Part shown: positions 29,780 to 38,844 of the stretch, piece after piece
Position numbering within the stretch: position 1 is the stretch's first letter
Layout of the letters: the number at the start of each line of letters is the position of its first letter
Assembly: GCA_028824685.1 (NCBI GenBank)
Contig: JAPPCZ010000086.1
Location: forward strand, 270,339 to 334,338
Reading direction: 5' to 3'
Length of the DNA stretch: 64,000 nt
From: Candidatus Poribacteria bacterium
GTDB taxonomy: Bacteria; Poribacteria; WGA-4E; WGA-3G
Notes under the pieces: model-generated
The model's input: the letters and a program-made list of their open reading frames with translations, nothing else
Told to the model about the DNA's origin: nothing
The model's database searches: none
Made by a program: the position numbers and the translations under genes

Positions 29780-31387
29780 TTAAGGATTGACAACCGTGAC
29801 ACTTTCACCCACTTTGAGAGAATGTTGCCCGGCGATAACAACGGAATCTCCTTCATTCAATCCGCTCACTATTTCTACTTCACCGCCACGAGATAGCCCA
29901 ATCTCTACAGGACGACGTTCGCTCACCCCTGCTTCTACAACAAAAACATTCTGCGTCTTTGTCTGGGCATCTTCAATAAGAGAAGTCCGTGGGACAAGAA
30001 TGGCATCTGTATGCACCTCAACAGGGACAGTGACTTTGGCAAACATTCCAGGTCTGAGCGTGCCTTCAAGGTTATCAATACGAATTTCAACCTTTGCAGT
30101 GCGCTGCATCGGCTGTAGCGTTGGACTGATATACGAGATCGTTCCCGATATCGGGGTATTGATACCATCAATATTGATAGAAGCTTGTTGATTTAGTGCG
30201 ACTTGGCTCAAGTGTACTTCAATAACATCTGCTGTTGCTTTGACTGTGTCAATATCTACAATTTCAAATAAAGGTGCAGTTGGAACTGCCATGCCACCTA
30301 AATCTAAGTATCGTTGTGAAACGATACCATCAATAGGTGCTTCAATTGTGGCATCTCTCAGTCGTTTTTTGGCAAGTTTAAGAGCAATGCTGGCTTGTGT
30401 CTGTGCGGTCTTTGCAGTCGTTATCTCTGCTTCCCAACTTTTTGCTTTTTCTAAGGCGTGTGCGGATGTAAATCCTGCTTGTGCTGTATCCACTTGAGAT
30501 TGTGCAAGTGCGATGTCTTTTTCCCATGTTTTAGTAGAGGCTTGTGCTTGTGCCAATCTGAGTGCAGCCTTTGCTTGCTCCACCTGTGCTTCCATCGCCT
30601 GAATGTCTTCTTCCCGCGCGCCATTATCAATTAGTTGGAGTTGTTCAGTAGCAATTTTATGCTGCGCTATCATAACATCTAACTGTGTCTGGCTGTTTTC
30701 CAATGATTGTTGACTAATTGCTCCGTTCTTAAAGAGTTCTTCCATACGGGCATAGTTGTTTTGCGCATTCACAAGGCTTGCCTTTGCCTGCTTCAAGCCT
30801 GCTTCTGCTTGGCGTCGGTCTTCATCACGGGCGCCTGTTTTTATTTTTTCCAGATTTGCCTCAAGAGATTTTAATCCTGCTTCAGCTTGATCTATTTGCG
30901 TGACAGTGCGAATTTCCGCAAGTTCTTTGACCTGCAGTAGCGAGACTTCAGCAGCATTCAGTAGCGCCTTTGCTTGTGCAACTTGTGAATGTACGCGAAC
31001 TTTAGCGAGTTGTTGTGTTTGAGAAAACGCAGATTCGGCTGCTTCCAATGTTGCTTCCGCTTGTTGAACTGCAAGTTTTAATTCTTCATGCTCAATGACC
31101 GCAAGTGGATATCCTTTTTTAACACGGTCACCCTCGCTTACAGAAAGGGAAATGATACGACCAGAAATTTTGGGAATCACGCTCACACGAGATTCTGCTT
31201 CAATTGTTCCCGATAATTGAAGTTCTGAACGAATTTCACCACGTTTAGCCTTAGCGATTTCTACAGGTTTAGAAACCTCTGTTTGATCTGTTGCTTCGAC
31301 TGCTGTTTTATCGGGTTTCAAAAATCGAAACATTGCAATCACAGCAATCACAGCAATTATGATAATGCCAATCCAAAATTTTTTCAA
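29780..31387 (-). CDS. Efflux periplasmic adaptor (membrane fusion protein) with extended coiled coil
   Basis: N-terminal TM anchor; lipoyl halves VSEGDRVKKG / IEAPIDGIVS; LRPGMFAKV; GLNEGDSVV. Confidence 0.88.
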   Translation of the reverse strand: MKKFWIGIIIIAVIAVIAMFRFLKPDKTAVEATDQTEVSKPVEIAKAKRGEIRSELQLSGTIEAESRVSVIPKISGRIISLSVSEGDRVKKGYPLAVIEHEELKLAVQQAEATLEAAESAFSQTQQLAKVRVHSQVAQAKALLNAAEVSLLQVKELAEIRTVTQIDQAEAGLKSLEANLEKIKTGARDEDRRQAEAGLKQAKASLVNAQNNYARMEELFKNGAISQQSLENSQTQLDVMIAQHKIATEQLQLIDNGAREEDIQAMEAQVEQAKAALRLAQAQASTKTWEKDIALAQSQVDTAQAGFTSAHALEKAKSWEAEITTAKTAQTQASIALKLAKKRLRDATIEAPIDGIVSQRYLDLGGMAVPTAPLFEIVDIDTVKATADVIEVHLSQVALNQQASINIDGINTPISGTISYISPTLQPMQRTAKVEIRIDNLEGTLRPGMFAKVTVPVEVHTDAILVPRTSLIEDAQTKTQNVFVVEAGVSERRPVEIGLSRGGEVEIVSGLNEGDSVVIAGQHSLKVGESVTVVNP

Positions 31388-31486
31388 TTGTGTAGTTCTC
31401 CTTTAACCGATGGACAAGAGGCCATCCTTTAAATTCAATGTTTTATTTTATTGTGGATTCTATAGTTTACTTGACATCTTAGAATC

Positions 31487-31549
31487 GTAGGAGGGAACTC
31501 CGGAGAATGCCAAAAGGCATTCATACCGTTGATTTGGATTCCCGACTAC
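31487..31549 (+). repeat. REP (family B, GGGAACTCCGATTCCC core) split by a 35-nt hairpin micro-insert
   Basis: GTAGGAGGGAACTCC[GGAGAATGCCAAAAGGCATTCATACCGTTGATTTG]GATTCCCGACTAC; the uninterrupted core is at 35276-35291 on the other strand. Confidence 0.7.
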
Positions 31550-31554
31550 AAACG

Positions 31555-31580
31555 GGTCGCGATTCGGAGATCGCTCTTAC
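31555..31580 (-). repeat. REP (family A)
   Basis: ggtcgcgattcggagatcgctcttac, two mismatches to the 27214 copy. Confidence 0.78.
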
Positions 31581-31628
31581 AAAAGAAGTGTCAGCTTATT
31601 TTATAATTCACCATAAAGTTAAAATAGT

Positions 31629-33017
31629 CTATTGTATTTTCTGTCCTATTGCTTTTTCAAGTCTTGCTAAGCCAACGACATAATCGTGTTGTGCTTGGAG
31701 ACGGTTAACTTTTGCTTGCATCAAAGCGAGTTGTGTGTCAGTAAGTCCAACAGTTGTAATCATACCGTTTTCAAATTGAAGTGTAGCAATCCTCACGCTT
31801 TCTTGTGCTTGTGCCACAGTTTCACGCTGGACATCAATGAGTGTTTTGGCTTCAAGTAGTGCAAGGTAAGCATTACGCACCTCAAATTCAACAGCGGATA
31901 TGACCTGTTTTGTGCCTAATTGAAGCTGCTTTAGAACCGATTCGCTCTGTTGGACACCCGCACGAGAAGCAAACCCATCGAAAATTGGAATATTTATTTG
32001 CAGTCCAAGACTCCAGATACGGTTCATTTGCGTCAGTCTTTCGTTATGGGATATTTGATAATTAGAGAAAAAGGCGAAATCGGGTAGGTTCCGTGTTTTA
32101 GCGACACTAAGTTGTTTTTGACCTGCTTGTTCATTGAGTTGGGATTGTGTGATTTCTGGTCGTTTTTCAAGTGCCAACTTTATTAATTCATCCAATTGAA
32201 TTTCGATTTGTGGAATCTCAAAAGACCCTTGCACTGAAACATCTTCCGAAAAGGGCAGATTCAATAATGTTTTGTAGGCATCTTTAGCTGTTTTGACCCC
32301 ATTTTTCGCTCGTATCAATTGTGATTCAGCATTGGCAAGTTGCACCTTCGCCCGAAGGACATCGAAATTGGTAGTTGCCCCTGCATCAAAAGATGTTTGC
32401 GCAATACCGAGTTGTTTTTTTACAAGTGTGACGCTTTGTTCAGCAACTTTTACGAATTCTTGTGCTATTAACACACGATAAAATGCCTCGTATACATCTA
32501 ATCTGAGTTTTTCATAAGCAGCGTTTAACGCTTTTTGCGCTGCTTCGTATTTGAGTTTGGCTGCTTGGTAACCATAATAGTAGCGTCCCCAAGCAAAGAC
32601 AGGCTGCGTTAAATTGACTGTGCCTTGAACATTATGATGGGCACCAAATTCCAATTCAATTAGATCGACTTCATTATCCATATTCGGTGTTGACATTTCA
32701 TTCGTATCGTCACCAGGTATAGGGAATCCGAAACCGCCTTCTGCCTGAATTACTGATTTTTGGACATCTTTAAAATAGGTATAATTACCACTTGCTGCGA
32801 GTCGTGGTAGCATTGCAGCACGGGCAACACTAATTTGTGCTTCTGCAGATTTTAAATTTTGCTCAGCTGACTGAACAGTGAGATTGTTCTGTTGCGCAAT
32901 TTGTAAACTTTCTTCAAGGTTTAATATTTTAACTTCTTCAGCGGATGCTGAGAAAGTTACCAATAGGAATAAAAAGGTTCCAACCCAACTTGAGTAATGG
33001 AACCGCGATAAATTCAT
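31629..33017 (-). CDS. TolC-family outer membrane efflux protein
   Basis: LNLEESLQIAQQNN, two OEP halves, IPIFDGF, LARLEKAIG; GGAGG SD before the ATG at 33017. Confidence 0.9.
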   Translation of the reverse strand: MNLSRFHYSSWVGTFLFLLVTFSASAEEVKILNLEESLQIAQQNNLTVQSAEQNLKSAEAQISVARAAMLPRLAASGNYTYFKDVQKSVIQAEGGFGFPIPGDDTNEMSTPNMDNEVDLIELEFGAHHNVQGTVNLTQPVFAWGRYYYGYQAAKLKYEAAQKALNAAYEKLRLDVYEAFYRVLIAQEFVKVAEQSVTLVKKQLGIAQTSFDAGATTNFDVLRAKVQLANAESQLIRAKNGVKTAKDAYKTLLNLPFSEDVSVQGSFEIPQIEIQLDELIKLALEKRPEITQSQLNEQAGQKQLSVAKTRNLPDFAFFSNYQISHNERLTQMNRIWSLGLQINIPIFDGFASRAGVQQSESVLKQLQLGTKQVISAVEFEVRNAYLALLEAKTLIDVQRETVAQAQESVRIATLQFENGMITTVGLTDTQLALMQAKVNRLQAQHDYVVGLARLEKAIGQKIQ

Positions 33018-33143
33018 GTGTACTGTTTCCTCCAAATGAGTGCAATATTGTATTTGCGCCCATCACAAGACTAATTCGTTAGATGTTATTTCATAATATG
33101 CGATGAGCTGCGAAAGCATCTGTATCGGTGTAAAAGAAAAGGT

Positions 33144-35027
33144 TTAATAACGGAGAATAGTCGTCGAATCACCAATTATCCATAACGTTCCATTTGGTGA
33201 TTTTATAATATCTCTAAGGTTATTTGTAGTTGGGGTACTATGCTTCAACCATGTAACACCACCATCAGTTGTGTGTAAGATTATGCCTTTGTCACCGACT
33301 GCCCATCCCTCTTTTTCGTTTACAAAGAGAATGGCGTTTAGGTTTTCTTCGGTGGGAACAGTTTGATCAATCCATGTCTCTCCACCATCCGTTGTAACCA
33401 TAATAGAGCCTTGGTTGCCAGCAGCCCATGCGGTTTGTGGGTTAATTGCGTAGACATCCTGCAATTCTGCATAACCTATGTTAATACTCCATGTGTAACC
33501 GCCATCAGTAGTCTTTACGATTGTTCCACCAAAACCGACGATCCATCCGACATTTTCGTTTATAAAATGAACACCGAACAGATTGTTAAATCCTGCCCCT
33601 GTAAACCCAGGATCTATGTCTATCCCAACCCATGTTTCACCACCATCGGTGGTGCGCATTACCTTCCCTGTTTCCCCAACTGCCCATGCGTGGGTTGGAC
33701 TACCAAAACTCATAGCGTAAGATCCTATTGCACTTTTCCAACTAATCGTATCACCAACAAACTGTATCCGCTTGGCTGTGCCGTGTCCTTCATCGCCAGG
33801 GTCACTGACGCTTTTCCAAGTTTTTCCGCCATCAAGTGTTTCAAGCAAGGCTGCATTACTACCAACAATGTACCCTTTCTTTTCATTAACAAATCCGACT
33901 CCGAACAGTTCAAAAACATCACCACTATTTTGCGGCAACCATGTTTCACCACCATCGTTTGTATGTAGAACAGCCCCAGCTAAACCGACTGACCAACCAA
34001 GTTTATCGTTATGAAAATGGATAGCGCGTAGTTCCTTTGCATTAGAGACGACATCCCAGGTTGTTCCACCATCGGTGGTGTGAAGGATAGTTGCCTTATC
34101 TCCGACTACCCAACCTTCGTTTGGACTAATCATGTGCACACCCTGCAGACGCGCAGCAACAGGTCGATAGTTAAGCGGTTTCCATGTTTTCCCGCCATCT
34201 TTTGTGCTCAGAATTACGCCGAATTCTGCTGCAGCGATACCGATATTGTTATCGGCAAAATGGACATCCCAAATTGGCTCTGGCATTCCGTTGGAATGTG
34301 GTACATTACTCTGTTGGCCATCCCAATTCTTACCGTCCACTGTTGAAACGATGGCACCGCCTGCGCCGACTGCCCAGCCGGTTGTGTCGTTGAGCATAGA
34401 AATCGCGTCAAGCGTGTTGACTGTAGCACTTGTCTGGAACTGCCAAGTGTCTCCGCCATTAGTTGTATGAAGTAGCGTTCCACCACCACCTGCTGCCCAA
34501 CCAGTCTCAGGTGTAACAAAATGGACACCTTCAATTGTGTTATTGGTTTCAATTGGTTGTTGTGTCCACGAGGTGCCTCCATCATTTGTATGCATGATGA
34601 ATCCACCATCACCGCATGCCCAGCCATGCTGTTCATCAGCAAATGAAACTCCCAACAAGGCAACACGGGTATTAGTGGATAATTTGCTCCACTGTCGTCC
34701 CCCATCAAGCGTTTTTAATACAGTCCCATTTTCGCCTACAACCCAGCCAATTTTAGGATTGATAAACCGCACTTTCTTTAATTCAATTTTGAATGGCAAA
34801 GGTCGATTCGGTTGATGGTTCCAAGTTTTACCGCCATCGGTGGTATTTAAAATGGTTGAAGCGCTCCCAACTATCCATCCGTTTTGAGCATCTACAAAAA
34901 AGACATCAGAAAAGCCAGCTTGCCACCGAGATTGGCTGACGGTTACCCACTCTTTTTGCGCGAACACAAACGGCGTTATGCAGAACAAAAAAATCAGGAT
35001 GATCGAAAATAAAATTCCCCGTTTCAT
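33144..35027 (-). CDS. Ycf48-like BNR/Asp-box beta-propeller protein, secreted
   Basis: About 14 repeats of F....GW.VG..G.ILHTTDGG.TW; signal peptide; AGGAGG SD. Confidence 0.88.
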   Translation of the reverse strand: MKRGILFSIILIFLFCITPFVFAQKEWVTVSQSRWQAGFSDVFFVDAQNGWIVGSASTILNTTDGGKTWNHQPNRPLPFKIELKKVRFINPKIGWVVGENGTVLKTLDGGRQWSKLSTNTRVALLGVSFADEQHGWACGDGGFIMHTNDGGTSWTQQPIETNNTIEGVHFVTPETGWAAGGGGTLLHTTNGGDTWQFQTSATVNTLDAISMLNDTTGWAVGAGGAIVSTVDGKNWDGQQSNVPHSNGMPEPIWDVHFADNNIGIAAAEFGVILSTKDGGKTWKPLNYRPVAARLQGVHMISPNEGWVVGDKATILHTTDGGTTWDVVSNAKELRAIHFHNDKLGWSVGLAGAVLHTNDGGETWLPQNSGDVFELFGVGFVNEKKGYIVGSNAALLETLDGGKTWKSVSDPGDEGHGTAKRIQFVGDTISWKSAIGSYAMSFGSPTHAWAVGETGKVMRTTDGGETWVGIDIDPGFTGAGFNNLFGVHFINENVGWIVGFGGTIVKTTDGGYTWSINIGYAELQDVYAINPQTAWAAGNQGSIMVTTDGGETWIDQTVPTEENLNAILFVNEKEGWAVGDKGIILHTTDGGVTWLKHSTPTTNNLRDIIKSPNGTLWIIGDSTTILRY

Positions 35028-35076
35028 GTGAATTCCTCCTATATTATAATCTCTTAATAGCATTTACACAAATTCA

Positions 35077-35099
35077 GTAGTACGTGGTTTTCACCACGT
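35077..35099 (+). repeat. GTAG-type REP-like palindrome
   Basis: GTAGT-ACGTGGT-TTTC-ACCACGT. Confidence 0.5.
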
Positions 35100-35136
35100 T
35101 ATCTATATTATAAAATAACATCTATATATCCGTTAA

Positions 35137-35165
35137 AGTATATCACGTTTCAGATTTTACGTCAA
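35137..35165 (-). promoter_or_regulatory. Sigma70-type promoter for the Ycf48-like/tolC/adaptor genes
   Basis: Minus strand TTGACG-N17-TATACT. Confidence 0.55.
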
Positions 35166-35234
35166 CGTAATTTGAGAGGTTCTCAAAGGCATCAATTGTC
35201 TATTAATCGCAAATTCTAACATAGGTTTCTTCTT

Positions 35235-35331
35235 GTAGAAGCGATCTCTGAATCGCGACGAAAACACTGATAGTCGGGAATCGGAGTTCCCTACCCCCAA
35301 ATGCCAAAAAGCGCATTTGGCGTTGATTCAC
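35235..35331. repeat. Pair of REPs (family A + family B); the family B copy carries a 35-nt micro-insert
   Basis: GTAGAAGCGATCTCTGAATCGCGAC, then TAGTCGGGAATCGGAGTTCCCT-AC-[CCCCAAATGCCAAAAAGCGCATTTGGCGTTGATTC]-AC. Confidence 0.7.
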
Positions 35332-35421
35332 AAAACATGGCTGTCATGTTAATTGGACAATACATCACAATTAATCAGGTAAACTCGTCACTTGAATGGT
35401 TCTGAAAGGTTCTAAGCATCA

Positions 35422-35450
35422 TTGACAATAGCACGGTATCATGGTATAAT
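35422..35450 (+). promoter_or_regulatory. Consensus sigma70 promoter upstream of rhodanese-moeB
   Basis: Exact TTGACA-N17-TATAAT with TG extension. Confidence 0.75.
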
Positions 35451-35603
35451 CTTTCAGAATTAGAACGATTCATTACATTTTGGACATCTATTTGTGTAGA
35501 TAGAAAACTGCTAACCACCATCATAATAGGCTGATTATCACCGCTGAATTTATGAATTAATCGGTCTTGACAAAACAGAAACCTAAAACTTTGGAGAACA
35601 AAT

Positions 35604-36791
35604 ATGAAATCTTACAGGCAAATCGTAGAGGAGGCAAAAACAGAAATTCCAGAAGTGACCGTTGATGATGTGAAAGAAGATCAGGAAAACGGCAGTGACT
35701 TTGTACTTCTGGATGTTCGCGATGAAGATGAATATCGCGCTGGTTATATCCCTGATGCTGTTCACGTCACACGTGGCATGTTAGAATTTTCCGTTGAAGA
35801 TTACATTCCTGACCGTGACCAAAAGGTAATCGTCTATTGTGCTGCAGGACTCCGTTCACTCCTCGCCGCAAAATCGCTCCGTGAAATGGGATACACAGAC
35901 ACCGTCTCCATGGCGGGTGGATACCGAGATTGGAGTGCCGCCGGTTTTCCAACCGCACAAGACAAAGAGATGTCGCATGAGCAGCTGGACCGCTATAGCA
36001 GACACTTTATGCTCACGGAAGTTGGTGAACGCGGACAGGCAAAACTCCTTGATGCGAAGGTCTTGCTTGTCGGTGCAGGTGGATTAGGTTCGCCTGCAGG
36101 CGTATATCTTGGTGCTGCTGGCATCGGACACCTGGGAATTATAGACTCGGATGTTGTAGAGTTAAGCAACCTACAACGTCAGATTTTACATCGCACAGAA
36201 GCAGTCGGTACACCGAAAGTGCAGTCTGCTACAACGACTATCAAATCGCTTAATCCAGATGTTGAGATTACACCTTACAATCTCCGTCTAACCGCTGACA
36301 ACGTTGAGGAGATTTTCTCGGAATATGACCTGATTGTTGATGGATGTGATAATTTCGCTACCCGTTACCTCGTCAACGATGCCGCAGTGCTTATGAATAA
36401 GCCGGTTGTTCACGGCAGTATTTTCCAGTTTGAAGGACAGGTCACCCTCTTTAAACCGAACGAGGGTCCGTGCTACCGATGCATGTACCCCACACCGCCA
36501 CCGCCGGGCATGGTGCCGAGCTGAAGTGAGGCTGGTGTCCTGGGCGTGCTCCCAGGCGTTATTGGTGTGATGATGGCAACGGAAGCAATTAAATATATCA
36601 TCGGCATCGGTGAACCGCTCATAGGCAGGCTTGTCCTTTATGATGCACTCAGTATGACCTATCGCGAAATGAAAGTTCCGCGAGATGAAAATTGCCCACT
36701 TTGTGGTAAAAACCCGAGCATAACAAAACTAATCGACGACTACGATGCAGCTGCGGAAAATCCTGAAACCTTCGCACCCGCTGCTGATTAG
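35604..36791 (+). CDS. moeB: Rhodanese-MoeB/ThiF adenylyltransferase fusion, probable selenoprotein (UGA at 36522-36524 read as Sec), 395 aa
   Basis: Rhodanese YCAAGLRS; RYSRH, VGAGGLGSP, SNLQRQ, DGCDNF, CYRC; in-frame PPPGMVPS-(TGA)-SEAGVLGVLPGVIG continuing to CPLC and TAG at 36789-36791. Confidence 0.88.
36522..36556 (+). promoter_or_regulatory. Putative bacterial SECIS element
   Basis: TGA, then 14 nt, then stem CCTGGG (36539-44), loop CGTGCT, stem CCCAGG (36551-56); G at loop position 2. Confidence 0.7.
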
Positions 36792-36806
36792 CCGATTAGA
36801 GGGTTT

Positions 36807-36828
36807 GTAGTCGCGCAATTCATTGCGC
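36807..36828 (+). repeat. GTAG-type REP-like palindrome
   Basis: GTAGTC-GCGCAAT-TC-ATTGCGC. Confidence 0.6.
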
Positions 36829-36956
36829 CTCTTACATTCAACATCATTTGGGTTTCAAATGTTACAAAGCCTCAAATGCTATATTGTTTTCAGTATTGGT
36901 ATTATTCTGAATCGCGGATTATATGGATTTCACAGATTACGCTGATTTTGTGGTGA

Positions 36957-38300
36957 ATGAAAATGATTACACATATACGAATGAAAAACTTCAAGTCATG
37001 GGCAGATAGCGGCAAGGTCGAACTTGCGGTGCTGACAGGCTTTTTTGGGACAAATAGTTCTGGGAAGAGTAGTCTGCTACAAATGCTGCTGTTACTTAAG
37101 CAAACTGCGGAGCGGAAGGATGCGGAAGAAGTTATTTTCTTTGGTGATAATAACTCTCATGTGTCTTATGTGAATCTCGGAGATTTCGGTGAAGTGATAC
37201 ATGGGCATAATACGGAAGAATCACTTGAGTTGGGTTTTGGATGTAAACTCCAAGAACTTTCGGATATCCGCGTCCCACTAAAATCGAATAGGAGCAATAA
37301 TACTCGCTATGTGTCGGATGGTATTGATAGTTTTAACTTTAAAACCATTATAAAGGAAAATGAAGGAAAACTCTATATTGATGACTTTAGTTACCGTTCA
37401 TCTAATTTCACTTTGGAAAAAGATCCGTACAACATGCATGTTTACCTGAATAATAGTGTAATAGGAAATATAACAGAAATAAAAAATTGCTATGGAGTGC
37501 CTGCCTCTGAGGAAAGTGGACTTGGGAAAATTTTGCAACAGTTCTCCTCTTTGTTTGGAAAACTATTCGATCATGTATACTATCTCGGTCCGACTCGAGT
37601 GAATTCACAAAGACTCTATCAATGGGAAGGCAGGCATCCTGGGCACGCCGGACAATGGGGAAATCAAACCATTGACGCGCTTCTCTCAGCACGCGTGAGA
37701 AATTTAAAAACATCACATGAAAAAGAAGGTATCCCAATTGAGCAAAGTATTTCAGATTGGCTGCAAAAGATGGATCTGGCGCATTCGTTTTCGCTTGATT
37801 GGACAAAGGGAGCAACCTACGAAGTTCGCATCCAAAAAACACCCTCCAGTCCACCAGTAACATTAGTTGACATGGGTTATGGCTTATCTCAATTCTTGCC
37901 AGTGTTAGTTCTTTGTTACTATGCACCAGAGGGTTCAACTTTGATTTTAGAACAACCCGGTATTCACCTTCATCCAATGGTTCAATCCCAGCTCGCAGAT
38001 CTTCTGATAGAGGTAGTCAACGAACGGAAACTGCAGATTTTGGTAGAAAGCCATAGCGAACATCTGTTAACGCGTCTCCAAAGACGAATCGCAGAAAAAC
38101 AAATTCCTGAAGAAAACGTTGCCCTCTATTTTTGTCGTAATAATGATGGTGCTTCCACGATTGAAAAGTTAGAAGTAGACGAAGAGTCCGGGGACATTAA
38201 GAATTGGCCTGAAAACTTCTTCGGTGATGTGATGGGGGATATGTTTGCAATGACAGACAAACAGACTGAAACCATTGCAGAAACGGAACCGGAGGGTTAA
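36957..38300 (+). CDS. ABC-type (AAA_15/AAA_21) ATPase with DUF3696-like C-terminus, copy 1
   Basis: NFKSW, Walker A GTNSSGKSS, signature-like DMGYGLSQ, LILEQPGIHLHP, VESHSEH, C-terminal NWPENFFG. Confidence 0.85.
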   Translation: MKMITHIRMKNFKSWADSGKVELAVLTGFFGTNSSGKSSLLQMLLLLKQTAERKDAEEVIFFGDNNSHVSYVNLGDFGEVIHGHNTEESLELGFGCKLQELSDIRVPLKSNRSNNTRYVSDGIDSFNFKTIIKENEGKLYIDDFSYRSSNFTLEKDPYNMHVYLNNSVIGNITEIKNCYGVPASEESGLGKILQQFSSLFGKLFDHVYYLGPTRVNSQRLYQWEGRHPGHAGQWGNQTIDALLSARVRNLKTSHEKEGIPIEQSISDWLQKMDLAHSFSLDWTKGATYEVRIQKTPSSPPVTLVDMGYGLSQFLPVLVLCYYAPEGSTLILEQPGIHLHPMVQSQLADLLIEVVNERKLQILVESHSEHLLTRLQRRIAEKQIPEENVALYFCRNNDGASTIEKLEVDEESGDIKNWPENFFGDVMGDMFAMTDKQTETIAETEPEG

Positions 38301-38818
38301 TGGACGCAGTTGTAATTGATACGAACGTTTTGGTAGTCGCAAATGGCAAGGCTGCCGCGCCGCAGGCATCCAAAAAATGCATCACACTTTGCAGGGCAAG
38401 ACTTGCTGAAATACTCAGAGGTACCGAGAGAGTGTTACTTGATGACAAAAAACGTATAATTCGAGAGTACAGAAATAACTTGAATGAAAAAGGACGTGGA
38501 TTTGGTGACCGTTTCTGGCTGGAATTGAAGAGAAGATATTATAATCCGGAAGATTATCCTGAAACGGTTATCGCTGTTCAAATTACACCATTAGAAGGAA
38601 ACGGTACCGAATTTGAAGAATTTCCTAACAATGACGCGGCACTAAGCGATTTTCATAAAAAAGATAAAAAATTTGTTGCTGTTGCGCTTGCGTATCAAAG
38701 TGTTGCTGAAAAACAAGCCCCTATTCTAAAAGCAGAGGATAGTGGTTGGGAGGAATTTAGAGCTGCGCTTGCTGCCCACGGTGTGCAAGTTGATTCCATC
38801 TGTGAAGACGACATTTAA
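38300..38818 (+). CDS. PIN-domain protein, copy 1
   Basis: VVIDTNVL PIN N-terminus plus conserved acidic residues (EY, DKKFVAVA, DSGW); translationally coupled to the ATPase. Confidence 0.75.
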   Translation: MDAVVIDTNVLVVANGKAAAPQASKKCITLCRARLAEILRGTERVLLDDKKRIIREYRNNLNEKGRGFGDRFWLELKRRYYNPEDYPETVIAVQITPLEGNGTEFEEFPNNDAALSDFHKKDKKFVAVALAYQSVAEKQAPILKAEDSGWEEFRAALAAHGVQVDSICEDDI

Positions 38819-38844
38819 CGTCCATATCAAGAAAGAAAAGAAGT

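Larger units (their letters stand above)
31449..31615. mobile_element. Putative MITE-like composite element carrying REPs
   Basis: Imperfect terminal inverted repeats TATTGTGGATTCTATAGTTTACTTGACA / reverse complement TATGGTGAATTATAAAATAAGCTGACAC enclosing two REP-like units. Confidence 0.4.

Noticed and set aside
27214-35331. CRISPR array suggested by palindromic repeats with ~35-nt inserts
   Set aside because: The repeats are dispersed kilobases apart rather than in a regular repeat-spacer array, and no cas genes were seen
35604-36791. moeB as a nonsense pseudogene or two separate genes
   Set aside because: The stop is TGA exactly at a conserved Cys, the frame and motifs continue intact, and a SECIS-like hairpin follows, so recoding is more parsimonious
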